Below are positions 29,049 through 38,913 of a DNA stretch of 64,000 bases, one piece after another. The notes under the pieces were generated by a model that did no database searches, was not told where the DNA came from, and was given only the letters and a program-made list of their open reading frames with translations. Numbering within the stretch: the stretch's first letter is position 1; each line of letters opens with the position of its first letter. This DNA is from an uncultured delta proteobacterium. GTDB lineage: Bacteria; Myxococcota_A; Polyangia; Polyangiales; Houyiibacteriaceae. The DNA lies in the NCBI GenBank assembly GCA_963699755.1, contig CAVOVB010000008.1:1-64000 (forward strand), given 5' to 3'. The position numbers and the translations under genes are program-made.

Positions 29049-29181
29049 CTCATCCCCAGTTGCCAGTCTATTGGAACAGTGCGGGCCGATGCACATCTGT
29101 CGGGAATTCTTCGTCGCCGGCAAATGTGAGAATTAATTCAATTCGAGGAGACCATCTGATCAGCACCAACGCTCCGCGGCC

Positions 29182-29502
29182 CTACGCCAAGGAGATCCCG
29201 GCGTCCCTGCGGAACTCCAAGCACTGCCGGCCGCCCCTTTCGAACTCGCGACACGTCGTTCCGCGAATCTCATAGATTTGGCAAGCGTTCGGGCTCTCGT
29301 CGGTGCCCAGATGGACGCAGGCGCCATCTTCCCTCGTGGCGAACCCCGGCATTCCAAAGTGCCCTGGCTGTATCGCTTCGGCGATGTCAGCACGGCCGAG
29401 CGTTCGCCAGCGAACTAAGTCCTCCGCTGGGATCAGGATGCGCCCGTCGCTGCCCGTTCGGCAGCAGGCCCCGCAGCTCAGGCAGTCTAAGTCTTCGGAC
29501 AT
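29182..29502 (-). CDS. YkgJ-family cysteine cluster protein
   Basis: CLSCGACC...CVHL...CQIYEIRGTTCREF..G..QC. Confidence 0.85.
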   Translation of the reverse strand: MSEDLDCLSCGACCRTGSDGRILIPAEDLVRWRTLGRADIAEAIQPGHFGMPGFATREDGACVHLGTDESPNACQIYEIRGTTCREFERGGRQCLEFRRDAGISLA

Positions 29503-29580
29503 CGTTTGTGGGAGTATGGCGCGCGCGGCCGCGGGTGCACACGGTGGACTTCGCGACTGAAGCGTGATCTATTGCGTCGA

Positions 29581-30072
29581 ATGCGGATTTCAATCCTCTG
29601 TGTGGCCGTGCTGCTGGGCTGTACTCCCACCGGGCGGAGCGAAGCCGTCGCATTGCCGAAGGTCACGCCGGATACCGTCGTCGTCTCCTGGAGCGTGATC
29701 AGCCGGAGCGCAGATCGTCGAAGCACTCATGTGGTGCTCGAGGCGAGTCGCGATCTGACTACGACGACCCGGTCACCGGACGGCACGATGATGACCGTCA
29801 GCGGCATCGTCTCCGAAGAGCGCTATGCCAACCTCGTGGGGCGGCTGCGGGAGCTGGACTGCTGCTCGCTGCCATCGACTTCGGAAGAACGCTCCTATCC
29901 GAGCGAGGCCAAACCGGAGCTCGAGATCAATTTCGGTGACATGCGATGCGAGATTGCGCTCTGGGATAGAGAGTGGCGCCAGGGGCCGGCCAAGGAGTGC
30001 GCATTCGCGTTCGCGCAGCTTCACCGCCGCGGCTTCGTGCCCGATTCGCCGGTCGACGAGCCATCCCCCTAG
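29581..30072 (+). CDS. Hypothetical lipoprotein
   Basis: MRISILCVAVLLGC lipobox-like N-terminus; fills the gap between neighbouring genes. Confidence 0.65.
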   Translation: MRISILCVAVLLGCTPTGRSEAVALPKVTPDTVVVSWSVISRSADRRSTHVVLEASRDLTTTTRSPDGTMMTVSGIVSEERYANLVGRLRELDCCSLPSTSEERSYPSEAKPELEINFGDMRCEIALWDREWRQGPAKECAFAFAQLHRRGFVPDSPVDEPSP

Positions 30073-30089
30073 CCCTATGCTCGCGCGCC

Positions 30090-31661
30090 ATGTCCTCGAA
30101 GTATTTCTGCGCACACTGCGACCAGGAGTTCATCCTCGAAGAACTTGAGGCGAAGCCACGCTGCCCCAGGTGCATGCGCCGAGGTGGCATAGAACCGGTG
30201 CGGGCAGCTCCTGACGAAACTGCAGTGCGCCGCCCGTGGATCGCTCTTGTGGCGCTCCTGATCATCGCCGCCGGGATCGGATACGGGGTCTATCGCGCGA
30301 CGGCGGTAACGCTCGAGGAGACCCCTCCGCTGCGCCCGCTCGAGCCGGCGGAGCTCGCCGCTTACCTCGAGCGCGATCAGATTCAAGTTGGGGCTTTCCG
30401 GTCCATGATGATCCTGAGCGGAAGCGTCGAAGACTGGCCCGAGAGCGCGGCAGAGATCGCAGCGAAGATGCACGGAAAGTCGATGCGCTGGTCACTCGAA
30501 CGTCCGTTGCCGCGCGAGGTGCTCGATGCCGATCAAGCCCTTGCGACGCTCGACTCACACGAGGAGCGCGTGAAGCTCTATCCTCTCGAGATGGCGACGG
30601 CCATGACCGCTCTCTTGCGCGCTCGCGGCGCAAAGGCGATGGTGGCGGAGACCTGGGAGCTCGAGGGCGCACGCGCGCCTGCCGATCCATCGGGTACGCT
30701 GGGGTACTTCGTCACCGCGGTGTATGCGTCGAATGCTTCTGTCGAGCCATCTGGGTACTTCGATCCTTGGGGAAGCGGCGGGGAAGTCGAGCTCTCATCG
30801 GCGCGCGTCCTTCGGGACACGGAAGTGCTCGGTGCTGCTCTGGGCACCGAGGCGATGCGCATTTTCGCTCGGTCCGGTGATGGGACAAAGGCCCTGCCAA
30901 TGAGTGAGGCGGCGCTTCGGCTCGATCCTGTCTCGCCATCGCTTCGAGGGGTGAGCGCGATGATCCTGCTCGAGTCCGGCGGCATCGAGCAGGCGGTGCA
31001 GGAGCTCGAGGCTGCGGTCGAGCTCCGACCAGACGGGCCCCGCAAGCTCAACATGGTACAACTTCATCTCGCCCAAGCGGGCATCTTGGCGATGAACGGC
31101 GAGCAAGCGGCCGCCGAAGCCGCGCTCAACCAGGCTGGCGGCCTCGTTGGAGACGTCATCGAGCGTTGGCCGCGGTACGCCCGTGCCCACGTGCTTTTGG
31201 CGTCGGTCTTTCTGGCGACGGACGAGTCCGAGCGAGCCCGCCTCGAGCTCGAGACCGCCGAAGGTCTCAGCCCCGAAGCGCCGCTGCTCTGGTCGATCTG
31301 GGCGCAGTACGACCTGTCCGCAGACGACCCCATCGGCGCTGCCTCCAAGATGAAACGCGCTGTGAAGCTGGACCCCGAGAACTGGCAGCTTCGGCTGCAA
31401 GCGGCGCGGGTTCTGCAAGGCGCCGGCGATGACGATGGCGCAAAGGAGAACCTCGCGGCAGCAATGCAAATGGTGCCGCCCCAGAGGCAAGCCGAGATTC
31501 GGAGCTTCATCGAACGGATGCTGGGGCGGGAGGCCGTGGGCGATCCAACGCCGCCAGCCGGTGAGGAGACGCCTAGCGATCCGGCCTTGAGGCTCGGCGA
31601 TCCGTCGAACCTACGCCTCCGTGACCCGGGCGAGAGCTTGAAGCTCGAGCTCGAGGAATAG
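30090..31661 (+). CDS. Zinc ribbon, TM helix, transglutaminase-like and TPR domain protein
   Basis: CAHC..CPRC, hydrophobic helix, ALLRARG...YFDPW, C-terminal TPR-like helices (LRLDP, VKLDPEN). Confidence 0.75.
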   Translation: MSSKYFCAHCDQEFILEELEAKPRCPRCMRRGGIEPVRAAPDETAVRRPWIALVALLIIAAGIGYGVYRATAVTLEETPPLRPLEPAELAAYLERDQIQVGAFRSMMILSGSVEDWPESAAEIAAKMHGKSMRWSLERPLPREVLDADQALATLDSHEERVKLYPLEMATAMTALLRARGAKAMVAETWELEGARAPADPSGTLGYFVTAVYASNASVEPSGYFDPWGSGGEVELSSARVLRDTEVLGAALGTEAMRIFARSGDGTKALPMSEAALRLDPVSPSLRGVSAMILLESGGIEQAVQELEAAVELRPDGPRKLNMVQLHLAQAGILAMNGEQAAAEAALNQAGGLVGDVIERWPRYARAHVLLASVFLATDESERARLELETAEGLSPEAPLLWSIWAQYDLSADDPIGAASKMKRAVKLDPENWQLRLQAARVLQGAGDDDGAKENLAAAMQMVPPQRQAEIRSFIERMLGREAVGDPTPPAGEETPSDPALRLGDPSNLRLRDPGESLKLELEE

Positions 31662-31665
31662 ACGC

Positions 31666-32289
31666 TCAGCCTGGTGCCTTGCCGTCTGGTCGCTCGATGC
31701 TGCTCACGGTCAAGATGCGCTTCCAGAGCGTCTCCCGCCCGTCGCCATTCACCGAGCTATAGGCGATCAGAGGCCGGCCGAGCGCGCGTCGTAGCGCTGC
31801 GACGGCAGGCTTTCGCTTGCTCGACGGCAGCTTGTCGATCTTGGTGGCGACGAGAATCGGAGTGACGCCGACGCTGTCCAGGAACTCGAGCAGTTGCAGG
31901 TCATCGTCTTGCGCGCCTCGCCGGATGTCGATGATGACCACCGCACCCCGAAGGCCTGGACGTTCGCTGAGAAAGCCTTCGATTAGCGGCCCCCAGGATC
32001 GGCGTTCGGCCTTGCTGCGCTGCGCGTAGCCGTAGCCAGGCAGGTCGACCAGGTCGAGATGAGCCTCCTGTTCGTTCGAGCGGAGGCGGACGCGAAAGAT
32101 GTTGATCGCTCGCGTGCACCCGGGCGCGCTGCTCGTCCGCACGAGCTTCTTTCGTTGGAGGAGGCTGTTGATCAGGCTCGACTTGCCCACGTTCGAGCGG
32201 CCCGCAAACGCCACCTCGGCAAAGGTCGGCGCAGGCAGCTGTCCGAGCACCGTGGCGCCGGCCACAAACGCGGCGTCGAGCACATCCAT
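31666..32289 (-). CDS. engB: GTP-binding protein EngB/YihA
   Basis: GRSNVGKSS, PGCTR, DLPGYGYA, TKIDK. Confidence 0.97.
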   Translation of the reverse strand: MDVLDAAFVAGATVLGQLPAPTFAEVAFAGRSNVGKSSLINSLLQRKKLVRTSSAPGCTRAINIFRVRLRSNEQEAHLDLVDLPGYGYAQRSKAERRSWGPLIEGFLSERPGLRGAVVIIDIRRGAQDDDLQLLEFLDSVGVTPILVATKIDKLPSSKRKPAVAALRRALGRPLIAYSSVNGDGRETLWKRILTVSSIERPDGKAPG

Positions 32290-32316
32290 GGAGGGCGTTG
32301 TAGCGCCCCTTGGGAG

Positions 32317-33909
32317 TCACGCACGCGCGCGTCGGCGGATCGCCGCCTGTAGATCGCGAAGCTCCGGCGATCCGAGTGCGGCAGCCACGCCGAGGTAGCT
32401 CAGAAGCCCAGCGACCGCGGTTGCGCCGAATATCGCCAGGTTGAGCGGGTCATTGCCACCCAACTCCCAATGGCCGTGGCCTGCGCACGCCCAAAGGACC
32501 AGGCCCATGACGGTACTGGCGACCAGGATGCGAAGGACGCTGGCGCTCACCTCTCGCAGCCCGAGGTGCCCGGACCGTCGCCGCAATAGCCAGAGGAGCG
32601 CGAAGAGCTGGGTCACCGCCGCAGCAGTCGTGGCAGCGGCGAGACCCGCGTGTTGCATGGGTCCCATCAAGAGGAGGCTGAGGCTCACGAAGGCTACCAA
32701 GTTGAGAGCGCTTGCAATTACAGGAGTTCGAGTGTCGTTGTGCGCGTGAAACATCGGAACGATGGTACGGACCGAGGCGACCGCCCAAATTCCCGCTGCC
32801 TGCCAGACCAGAGAGCGCCTGGTCTGTTCGACCGCCGCTGCGTCATATCGGCCGCGGCCGAAGAACACCGCGGCAGCCGGTTCCGCCAGGACGACCAACG
32901 CCACAGCAGCGGGAATTGCGACGAACAAGCAAAGACGAAGTGCATGGCGAAAGAGCCGCTTGGCCTCCTCTTCATCGCCGTGGGCCACGGCATGACTCAA
33001 GGACGGCAGCGCGGCTGAGGCGATCGCCAGCGCGAACATGCCTTGTGGGATCTCCGTCAATCGTTGCCCGTAGTAGAGGTAGCTCACGCTCCCGGTCGGT
33101 AGAAAAGACGCGAAGAGCCGCGAGAGCAGCACATTGACCTGGTAGACACCGAGGCCCGCGAGTAGTGGGACCATCAAGCGTCCGCACTTGCGGACGTAGA
33201 TGTCGTCGAAGCCGATCTTCGGGCGGACCAGCAGACCCTCTTTGCGAAGGGCCGGGAGTTGCGCGATGACCTGGAGCCCGCCTCCGGCCAAGGCGCCAAG
33301 TGCCAGCGCGAAGATCGCCGGCCAACCAAACTGGCGGAACACTGGTGCCAGCAGTAGCGCTGCGGCAATGAGTGAGATGTTGAGGAGCGCAGGAGCAAAG
33401 GACGATGCCGCGAATCGCTTGCTCGCGTAAAGCGCGCCCATCATCAGTGCCGAGATTCCCATCAGGAAGATGTAGGGGAAGAGCATCCGGGTGAGCGCGA
33501 CCGTGGTTGCGAAGAGCGCCGCGTCACGCTGAAAGCCCCAGGCGTAGGCTTTGACAATCCACGGAGCCCCGAGGACGCCGATCGCGGAGACCACCAACAG
33601 GACGACAGACATGGCGCCGATCAACTTCGCGAAGAACGCTTTGGCGCGGTTCATGCTCTCGCGTTCACGCACCTCGGTAAACACCGGGACGAACGCTGCT
33701 GAGACTGCACCTTCGCCGAGCAGCACGCGAAGGGCATTGGGAATGGTAAACGCGAGCCAGAATGCGTCGGTGGCCGCTAGGGCAAAGACCGCGGCCACGA
33801 CCGCGTCGCGAACCGCCCCCAAGATCCTGGAGGAAAAGGTGCCTGCTGCAACGACTCCCGCCCGGCGAACGATTTCGCCTCCGGACGTTCTAGCTGGCTT
33901 CACGGACAT
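32317..33909 (-). CDS. murJ: Lipid II flippase
   Basis: SRILGAVRD, AFTIPNALRVLLGEGAVSAAFVP, SYLYYGQRLTEIPQG, DTRTP. Confidence 0.96.
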   Translation of the reverse strand: MSVKPARTSGGEIVRRAGVVAAGTFSSRILGAVRDAVVAAVFALAATDAFWLAFTIPNALRVLLGEGAVSAAFVPVFTEVRERESMNRAKAFFAKLIGAMSVVLLVVSAIGVLGAPWIVKAYAWGFQRDAALFATTVALTRMLFPYIFLMGISALMMGALYASKRFAASSFAPALLNISLIAAALLLAPVFRQFGWPAIFALALGALAGGGLQVIAQLPALRKEGLLVRPKIGFDDIYVRKCGRLMVPLLAGLGVYQVNVLLSRLFASFLPTGSVSYLYYGQRLTEIPQGMFALAIASAALPSLSHAVAHGDEEEAKRLFRHALRLCLFVAIPAAVALVVLAEPAAAVFFGRGRYDAAAVEQTRRSLVWQAAGIWAVASVRTIVPMFHAHNDTRTPVIASALNLVAFVSLSLLLMGPMQHAGLAAATTAAAVTQLFALLWLLRRRSGHLGLREVSASVLRILVASTVMGLVLWACAGHGHWELGGNDPLNLAIFGATAVAGLLSYLGVAAALGSPELRDLQAAIRRRARA

Positions 33910-33960
33910 CGGCGAAAGGATGCGCACGAGGCGTTGATCCCGGCAAGAAAGCCGGACCGA

Positions 33961-34821
33961 TCAGCTCGCGCTCAGCAGGCCTTGAAGTTGGGCGATCTCG
34001 ATGGTGTACGACTTGCCGCAGTAATCGCAACCGATGCTCAGCGGCTCGCCTTCCGCGACGAGCTCCTGAATGTCGGTGCGATTCAAGACACTGAGGGTCG
34101 TCATCACCCGGACTTGGCTGCAGTGACAGCCAAAGCGAATGTCGCTGCTTTGCAACCAGGTGAACGGCATGCCCTCGAAAATTTGCTCGACCAAGTGAGA
34201 GGGCGAGGCGTCGGAGCTTTGCAGGCGGTCTCGGATCTCGACGAAGTCTTCGAGGCGCTTGGTCATGGTCATCAGCGCGGTCTCGGCCTCTGAGGCTTCG
34301 GGCAGGAGCTGCACGACGTAGCCGCCCGCCGTCGGGCTCGGCCCCCCGACTCGCGAACCCAACGAAATCATCGATACTATTTGCTCCGATAGCTGCATGT
34401 AACGCATGAAGGCTTCGGAGAGATTCCCGCTTTCGGGCACCTCGACGACGCCGCGATGAAGGTCGGAGTTCGGGAGCGTCCTCATCATTTGCAGCGTTGC
34501 CCGAGTCTTTCGGACGTCTGGGGGGGCCTCGCCGGACCCCTTTTGCAGAAGGCCGCGGGTCCAGCCGTCGGGATGTGAGTCGGCGACCAGCTGTCCCGCC
34601 CCCTGGTCGAAGCGCACGATGCACTGCACGCGGAGCGAGGGAGCCATGGTCTCGCGGTACAGCACCGCGGTGGTCAGCAAATCCGCCATATCGTGAGCGA
34701 TTCGCCCGGATAGCGCCTGGGCTTCAATCACGGCCTGAGCGATCCCGGTCGTGCGGGCGGCGACGATCCGAAAGGCTCCATCGTTGGTCATCGCTCGCAC
34801 TACCGAGTCAGAGTCGGACAT
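33961..34821 (-). CDS. hslO: Redox-regulated chaperone Hsp33
   Basis: YMQLSEQ, AGGYVVQLLP, C-terminal CHC...CDYC zinc motif. Confidence 0.92.
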   Translation of the reverse strand: MSDSDSVVRAMTNDGAFRIVAARTTGIAQAVIEAQALSGRIAHDMADLLTTAVLYRETMAPSLRVQCIVRFDQGAGQLVADSHPDGWTRGLLQKGSGEAPPDVRKTRATLQMMRTLPNSDLHRGVVEVPESGNLSEAFMRYMQLSEQIVSMISLGSRVGGPSPTAGGYVVQLLPEASEAETALMTMTKRLEDFVEIRDRLQSSDASPSHLVEQIFEGMPFTWLQSSDIRFGCHCSQVRVMTTLSVLNRTDIQELVAEGEPLSIGCDYCGKSYTIEIAQLQGLLSAS

Positions 34822-34884
34822 GTTTCCTCTTGAAGCGCATTGGCGATCCTTTGGCAAGCGCTAACCTTGGGCCGGGAGCAGCAG

Positions 34885-35916
34885 ATGACAAAGCATCGAA
34901 TCGTACTCATCCCGGGCGACGGAATAGGCCCGGAAGTAGCCGCGGCGACGACCCGTGTGCTCCGGGCAGCCGGGGCGCCGCTCGAATGGGTCGAGCACCA
35001 TGCAGGTGTTGCCGCGCTCGAAACGAGCGGCGAGGTCTTGCCCGTGGAGACGCTCGATGCGGTTCGCGAGCACGGGCTGGCCCTCAAGGGGCCGTGCACG
35101 ACTCCGGTGGGCAAGGGCTTCACCTCAGTCAACGTGCAACTCCGAAAGCGGCTCGACCTGTACGCCGCCGTGCGTCCGGTTCGAAGTCTACCGGGCATCC
35201 AGACGCGGTATGAAGACGTCGACCTCGTCGTGATTCGCGAGAACACCGAGGGGCTCTATAGTGGTATCGAGAACGAGGTGACCAAAGGTGTCGTCACGAG
35301 CCTCAAGGTGGCGACCGAGGCGGCGTCGCGGCGCATCGCGCACTGGGCTTTTCGCTACGCGCGCGATCGTGGCCGCCAGAAGGTGACCGTGATGCACAAG
35401 GCCAACATCATGAAGATGACCGATGGGATGTTCATTCGCTGCGCCCGCGAGATCCGAGAAGAAGAGGGTTTCACCGACATCGAATACCAAGAAGTCATCA
35501 TCGATGCGGGCTGCATGAAGCTGGTCCAGGATCCAACTCAGTTCGACGTGCTCTTGCTGGAGAACCTCTATGGCGACGTGCTGAGCGACCTTTGCGCTGG
35601 CTTCGTTGGTGGCCTCGGCGTGATTCCTGGCGCGAACATCGGAGATGAATTCGCGGTTTTCGAGGCGGTGCACGGCTCGGCGCCGGACATCGCGGGTAAG
35701 GGTGTTGCCAATCCACTGGCCCTGCTCATGTCGGCCGTCATGATGCTCAATCACATCGCGGACACCCGCGATGACGAGAGCTGCCGGGAGTCCGCCGTTC
35801 GAATTCGAGAAGCCTACAACCAGGCCTTGTCCGATGGGCGGAAGACGGGGGACCTCGGCGGAACACTCGACACCGAAGGATTTGCCTCAGCGGTCATCGA
35901 ACGAATGGCGGGCTAG
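34885..35916 (+). CDS. Isocitrate/isopropylmalate dehydrogenase family, likely NAD-dependent IDH
   Basis: IPGDGIGPEV, LKGPCTTP, SVNVQLRK, RENTEG, HKANIMK, NLYGDVLSD, EAVHGSAPDIAG. Confidence 0.9.
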   Translation: MTKHRIVLIPGDGIGPEVAAATTRVLRAAGAPLEWVEHHAGVAALETSGEVLPVETLDAVREHGLALKGPCTTPVGKGFTSVNVQLRKRLDLYAAVRPVRSLPGIQTRYEDVDLVVIRENTEGLYSGIENEVTKGVVTSLKVATEAASRRIAHWAFRYARDRGRQKVTVMHKANIMKMTDGMFIRCAREIREEEGFTDIEYQEVIIDAGCMKLVQDPTQFDVLLLENLYGDVLSDLCAGFVGGLGVIPGANIGDEFAVFEAVHGSAPDIAGKGVANPLALLMSAVMMLNHIADTRDDESCRESAVRIREAYNQALSDGRKTGDLGGTLDTEGFASAVIERMAG

Positions 35917-38507
35917 CCGTCGAGCTCGCGAACGCCGCCGCTTCCACCCGCGACGCGGAGGAGCGGCGGGAGGACGAGCAGGGTGGCCACCAGGCATCCG
36001 CCGATCGTGATTGCGATCAGCTCGCCGAAGTTTCGGACCGGAACGAACGAGCTCAGGAGCAGCACCGAAAACCCGGCCATCAGGGTCACGCATGAGATGA
36101 CGATGGCTCGGCCAGTCCCACGAGCGGCCCTGACCAAGGCGGCTTCGCGTCCGATGCCATGGTGCATCTCCTCGCGGAATCGGGCGAGGACGTGAATGGT
36201 ACCGTTGACCGCGAGGCCGAGGCTGATCGAGAAGATGATGACCGTGGAAACGTTGAGCGGGATTTCGCGCCAGACCATGTAGGCCATCGTCGCCACCAAA
36301 GGGATCAGGTTCGGCGGGATGCTCAACAGGCCGAGCCGGACGCTTCGGAAGAAGAACGCCAGCAAGAGGAAGATGATGACGACCGCGACAAGAAGGCTTC
36401 CGAGTAGGTCGTTGACGACCGCGGCTTGCCCGCGCGAACCCGTGTAGGCCTCTCCGGTGTACGAGACCGACACCGTGCTCTCGCCTTCGAGAGTGGCGTC
36501 GATCTCGTCCTCGAGGTCATCGAGGAAGCGCATCGTCGCTTGCGCGCCGACGTCTCGTAGCTTGAATTGGATGCGCGCCTTTTTTCCGTCTTCGGTGAGC
36601 CATTCGCTCAACGGGCTGGGCTTGCGCTGGCTCATCATCGTGACGAGACCCTTGACCTGCTTCTTGCTCTTGAAATTCTCTGAGCGGACCGTCGGATCGT
36701 CGGCCAGGAGCGCATAGGATTCCCGCAGCATGTCGCCGTAGCTCAGACTTCGGATGACTTCCGGGCGGAGCGCCGCCCAGTTCCGGATGCTCTGGATCTT
36801 CTCCACCATCGCTGGGTCCGTGAAGTGGTCTTCATCGGTGCTGACGAGTACGACCTCGAGCGGCCGGACTCCCGCGAGCTTCTCTTCGATCAGCAGCGTG
36901 GTTGTATAGACCGGGTCGGTTTCGTCGAACTGGTCGAGCAGCGCATGATCAACGGTAATCTGACTGGCGACGTAGCCAGCGCCCAGGGTGAACAAAGCGG
37001 TGATCCCGAGCACTGCCCAGCGCCAACGCAGCAACCTGGCAACGAGGCCACTGGTCACGTTGGTAAACATGCTGGTGCGTTCTCGACGAACGTCTGCACG
37101 CTTGGGGGGCGTGGCCCAGCTGAGGACCGCAGGCACGAACGTGATGATGATGACGTACGAAACCATTACGCCGAGGCCGGCGGTGAGACCGAAGTGTCGG
37201 AGCATCACGGTTTTCGAGACGACGAGCGAGCCAAGGCCTACCGCGGTCGTCGCGGAGGTGAGCAGGCAGGCCACGGCGATCGCACGCACCGTACGGCGTC
37301 CGGCCGCCTGTCGGTCCGGCTCTTCATCGTCCTCGGCATGCACTTCGTCCCGATAGCGTTGAATTAGGTGGGTCGCATCGCTGATGCCGATGATGATCAG
37401 CAGGGGCACGATCACGTTGTTGAGGATGTTCATGGGCTCGCCAAAGAGCCCCATTCCCCCAACGGTCACCAGCGCCGTGATGGCCACCGCGGCGAGTGGA
37501 AGCAAAACGCCCGGCGCCCAGCGAAACGATAAGGTCAGCAGAATTAGGCAAACCAAGACGGTCAGTGGAATCAGGCGCAAGTTGTCCGCGCGCATCTTGC
37601 TCACGATGACGCTGCGGAGGTAGGGCAGGCCGCCGACATGAACCTCGATGTCTTGGAATTCGGGGCGTTCGAGCGAGTCGCGGAGGTCGTCCATCGCCTC
37701 GCGCATCTCTTTGGGGCCGAGCTCCGGCAGTTGAAGGGCAATGCCTGCTACCGTATGGTCCTCGTCGATCAGCCGGCCGACCAGAAGCGGGTTGCTCGTG
37801 ATCGCTTCGGCGAGCTCGGATGCTTCGGCCTCGGTCACCTCGGTCCCTTTGACGATCGGATCGGTCCGAAGCTCCACCAACAAAGCGGGACCCAGCTTGC
37901 GAATGCCGTCTGGAAAGCGATCGGGGTCGCTTTCGATGATGTCGAGAAGCGCGTTGAAGACTGGATCTTCGGGTTTGCTCTCGGCATCGGGTCTGTCTTC
38001 GGGCTCATCGAGGGAATCGAGGTCGTCGAGGTCGTCGAGGTCGTCGAGATCGCCTTCCTCGTCCGGCCCTCCGACCTCTTGCAAGCCGTCAAGGTCGTCG
38101 AGGCCGTCGAGATCGCCCCCGTCTTCGTCCACGACGCCTTTGACTCGCCGTGGGATGCTGAGCGTCGTGATGCTGGCGACCTTCTCGACCCAGGGCTTCT
38201 CGGCAAAGTAGAGCGAAATGTCTTGGACCCGCTGAAGCGTATCCCGGGAAAGAACGTCGTCCGCCTCGACTAGGAGCAGAACCGCTTCACGTCGTTTCCC
38301 GAACCACTGCTCGAAGTGCTGCTGGATGAGCGCGTACTCTTCCCCCTCGAAAGAGGAGAGGAGGCTTTCCGGCGCCGGATCGGCCGTCAATTTCGGAATC
38401 TGGGTCGCGAAGGCGAGCGTCACGAGGACCGAGACCCAAACGACGAGCTTTCGGCGCTCCGTGACGAGCCTGGCCAGCCAATCCAAGATTTGTTGGCGTC
38501 GGGACAC
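35913..38507 (-). CDS. MMPL/RND-family transporter with acidic low-complexity insert
   Basis: Two TM repeats with GISDATHL and GLAVNGTIH, LLTSATTAVG, SSFVPVRNFG. Confidence 0.9.
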   Translation of the reverse strand: MSRRQQILDWLARLVTERRKLVVWVSVLVTLAFATQIPKLTADPAPESLLSSFEGEEYALIQQHFEQWFGKRREAVLLLVEADDVLSRDTLQRVQDISLYFAEKPWVEKVASITTLSIPRRVKGVVDEDGGDLDGLDDLDGLQEVGGPDEEGDLDDLDDLDDLDSLDEPEDRPDAESKPEDPVFNALLDIIESDPDRFPDGIRKLGPALLVELRTDPIVKGTEVTEAEASELAEAITSNPLLVGRLIDEDHTVAGIALQLPELGPKEMREAMDDLRDSLERPEFQDIEVHVGGLPYLRSVIVSKMRADNLRLIPLTVLVCLILLTLSFRWAPGVLLPLAAVAITALVTVGGMGLFGEPMNILNNVIVPLLIIIGISDATHLIQRYRDEVHAEDDEEPDRQAAGRRTVRAIAVACLLTSATTAVGLGSLVVSKTVMLRHFGLTAGLGVMVSYVIIITFVPAVLSWATPPKRADVRRERTSMFTNVTSGLVARLLRWRWAVLGITALFTLGAGYVASQITVDHALLDQFDETDPVYTTTLLIEEKLAGVRPLEVVLVSTDEDHFTDPAMVEKIQSIRNWAALRPEVIRSLSYGDMLRESYALLADDPTVRSENFKSKKQVKGLVTMMSQRKPSPLSEWLTEDGKKARIQFKLRDVGAQATMRFLDDLEDEIDATLEGESTVSVSYTGEAYTGSRGQAAVVNDLLGSLLVAVVIIFLLLAFFFRSVRLGLLSIPPNLIPLVATMAYMVWREIPLNVSTVIIFSISLGLAVNGTIHVLARFREEMHHGIGREAALVRAARGTGRAIVISCVTLMAGFSVLLLSSFVPVRNFGELIAITIGGCLVATLLVLPPLLRVAGGSGGVRELDG

Positions 38508-38613
38508 GGGCCTGTATGCCTCTTCGATGCCGGACTCGCAAGGTTCCTGCGACCGGCTTGACAGGCCCCTCGTGCAGGGCTAACACCCGCGTCCCTACGG
38601 GGAGGAATCTAGA

Positions 38614-38880
38614 GTGGCCAACCACGCCTCAGCAAAAAAGCGAGCCCGCCAGACGATCAAGCGAACCGCGCGCAACCGTCACATCCGCACCAACGTGCGT
38701 ACACTGGTGAAGCGTGTTCGGACCGCCATCGAGACAGGCGATGCTGCGACAGCGAAGAAAGCGCTCAGCGAGGCCGTGAGCCGCATCGACGGCGCGGTTT
38801 CCAAGGGCATCTACCATCGCAGGACCGGGTCCCGGTACATCGCCAGGCTGACCCAGCAGGTCAACGCGCTCCAAAGCTGA
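38614..38880 (+). CDS. rpsT: 30S ribosomal protein S20
   Basis: MANHASAKKRARQ..KR..RN, KGIYHRRTGSR; SD GGGGAGG. Confidence 0.98.
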   Translation: MANHASAKKRARQTIKRTARNRHIRTNVRTLVKRVRTAIETGDAATAKKALSEAVSRIDGAVSKGIYHRRTGSRYIARLTQQVNALQS

Positions 38881-38913
38881 GCTTTGCCGCCGCGTCGCTT
38901 TGGTTCGATCGAA

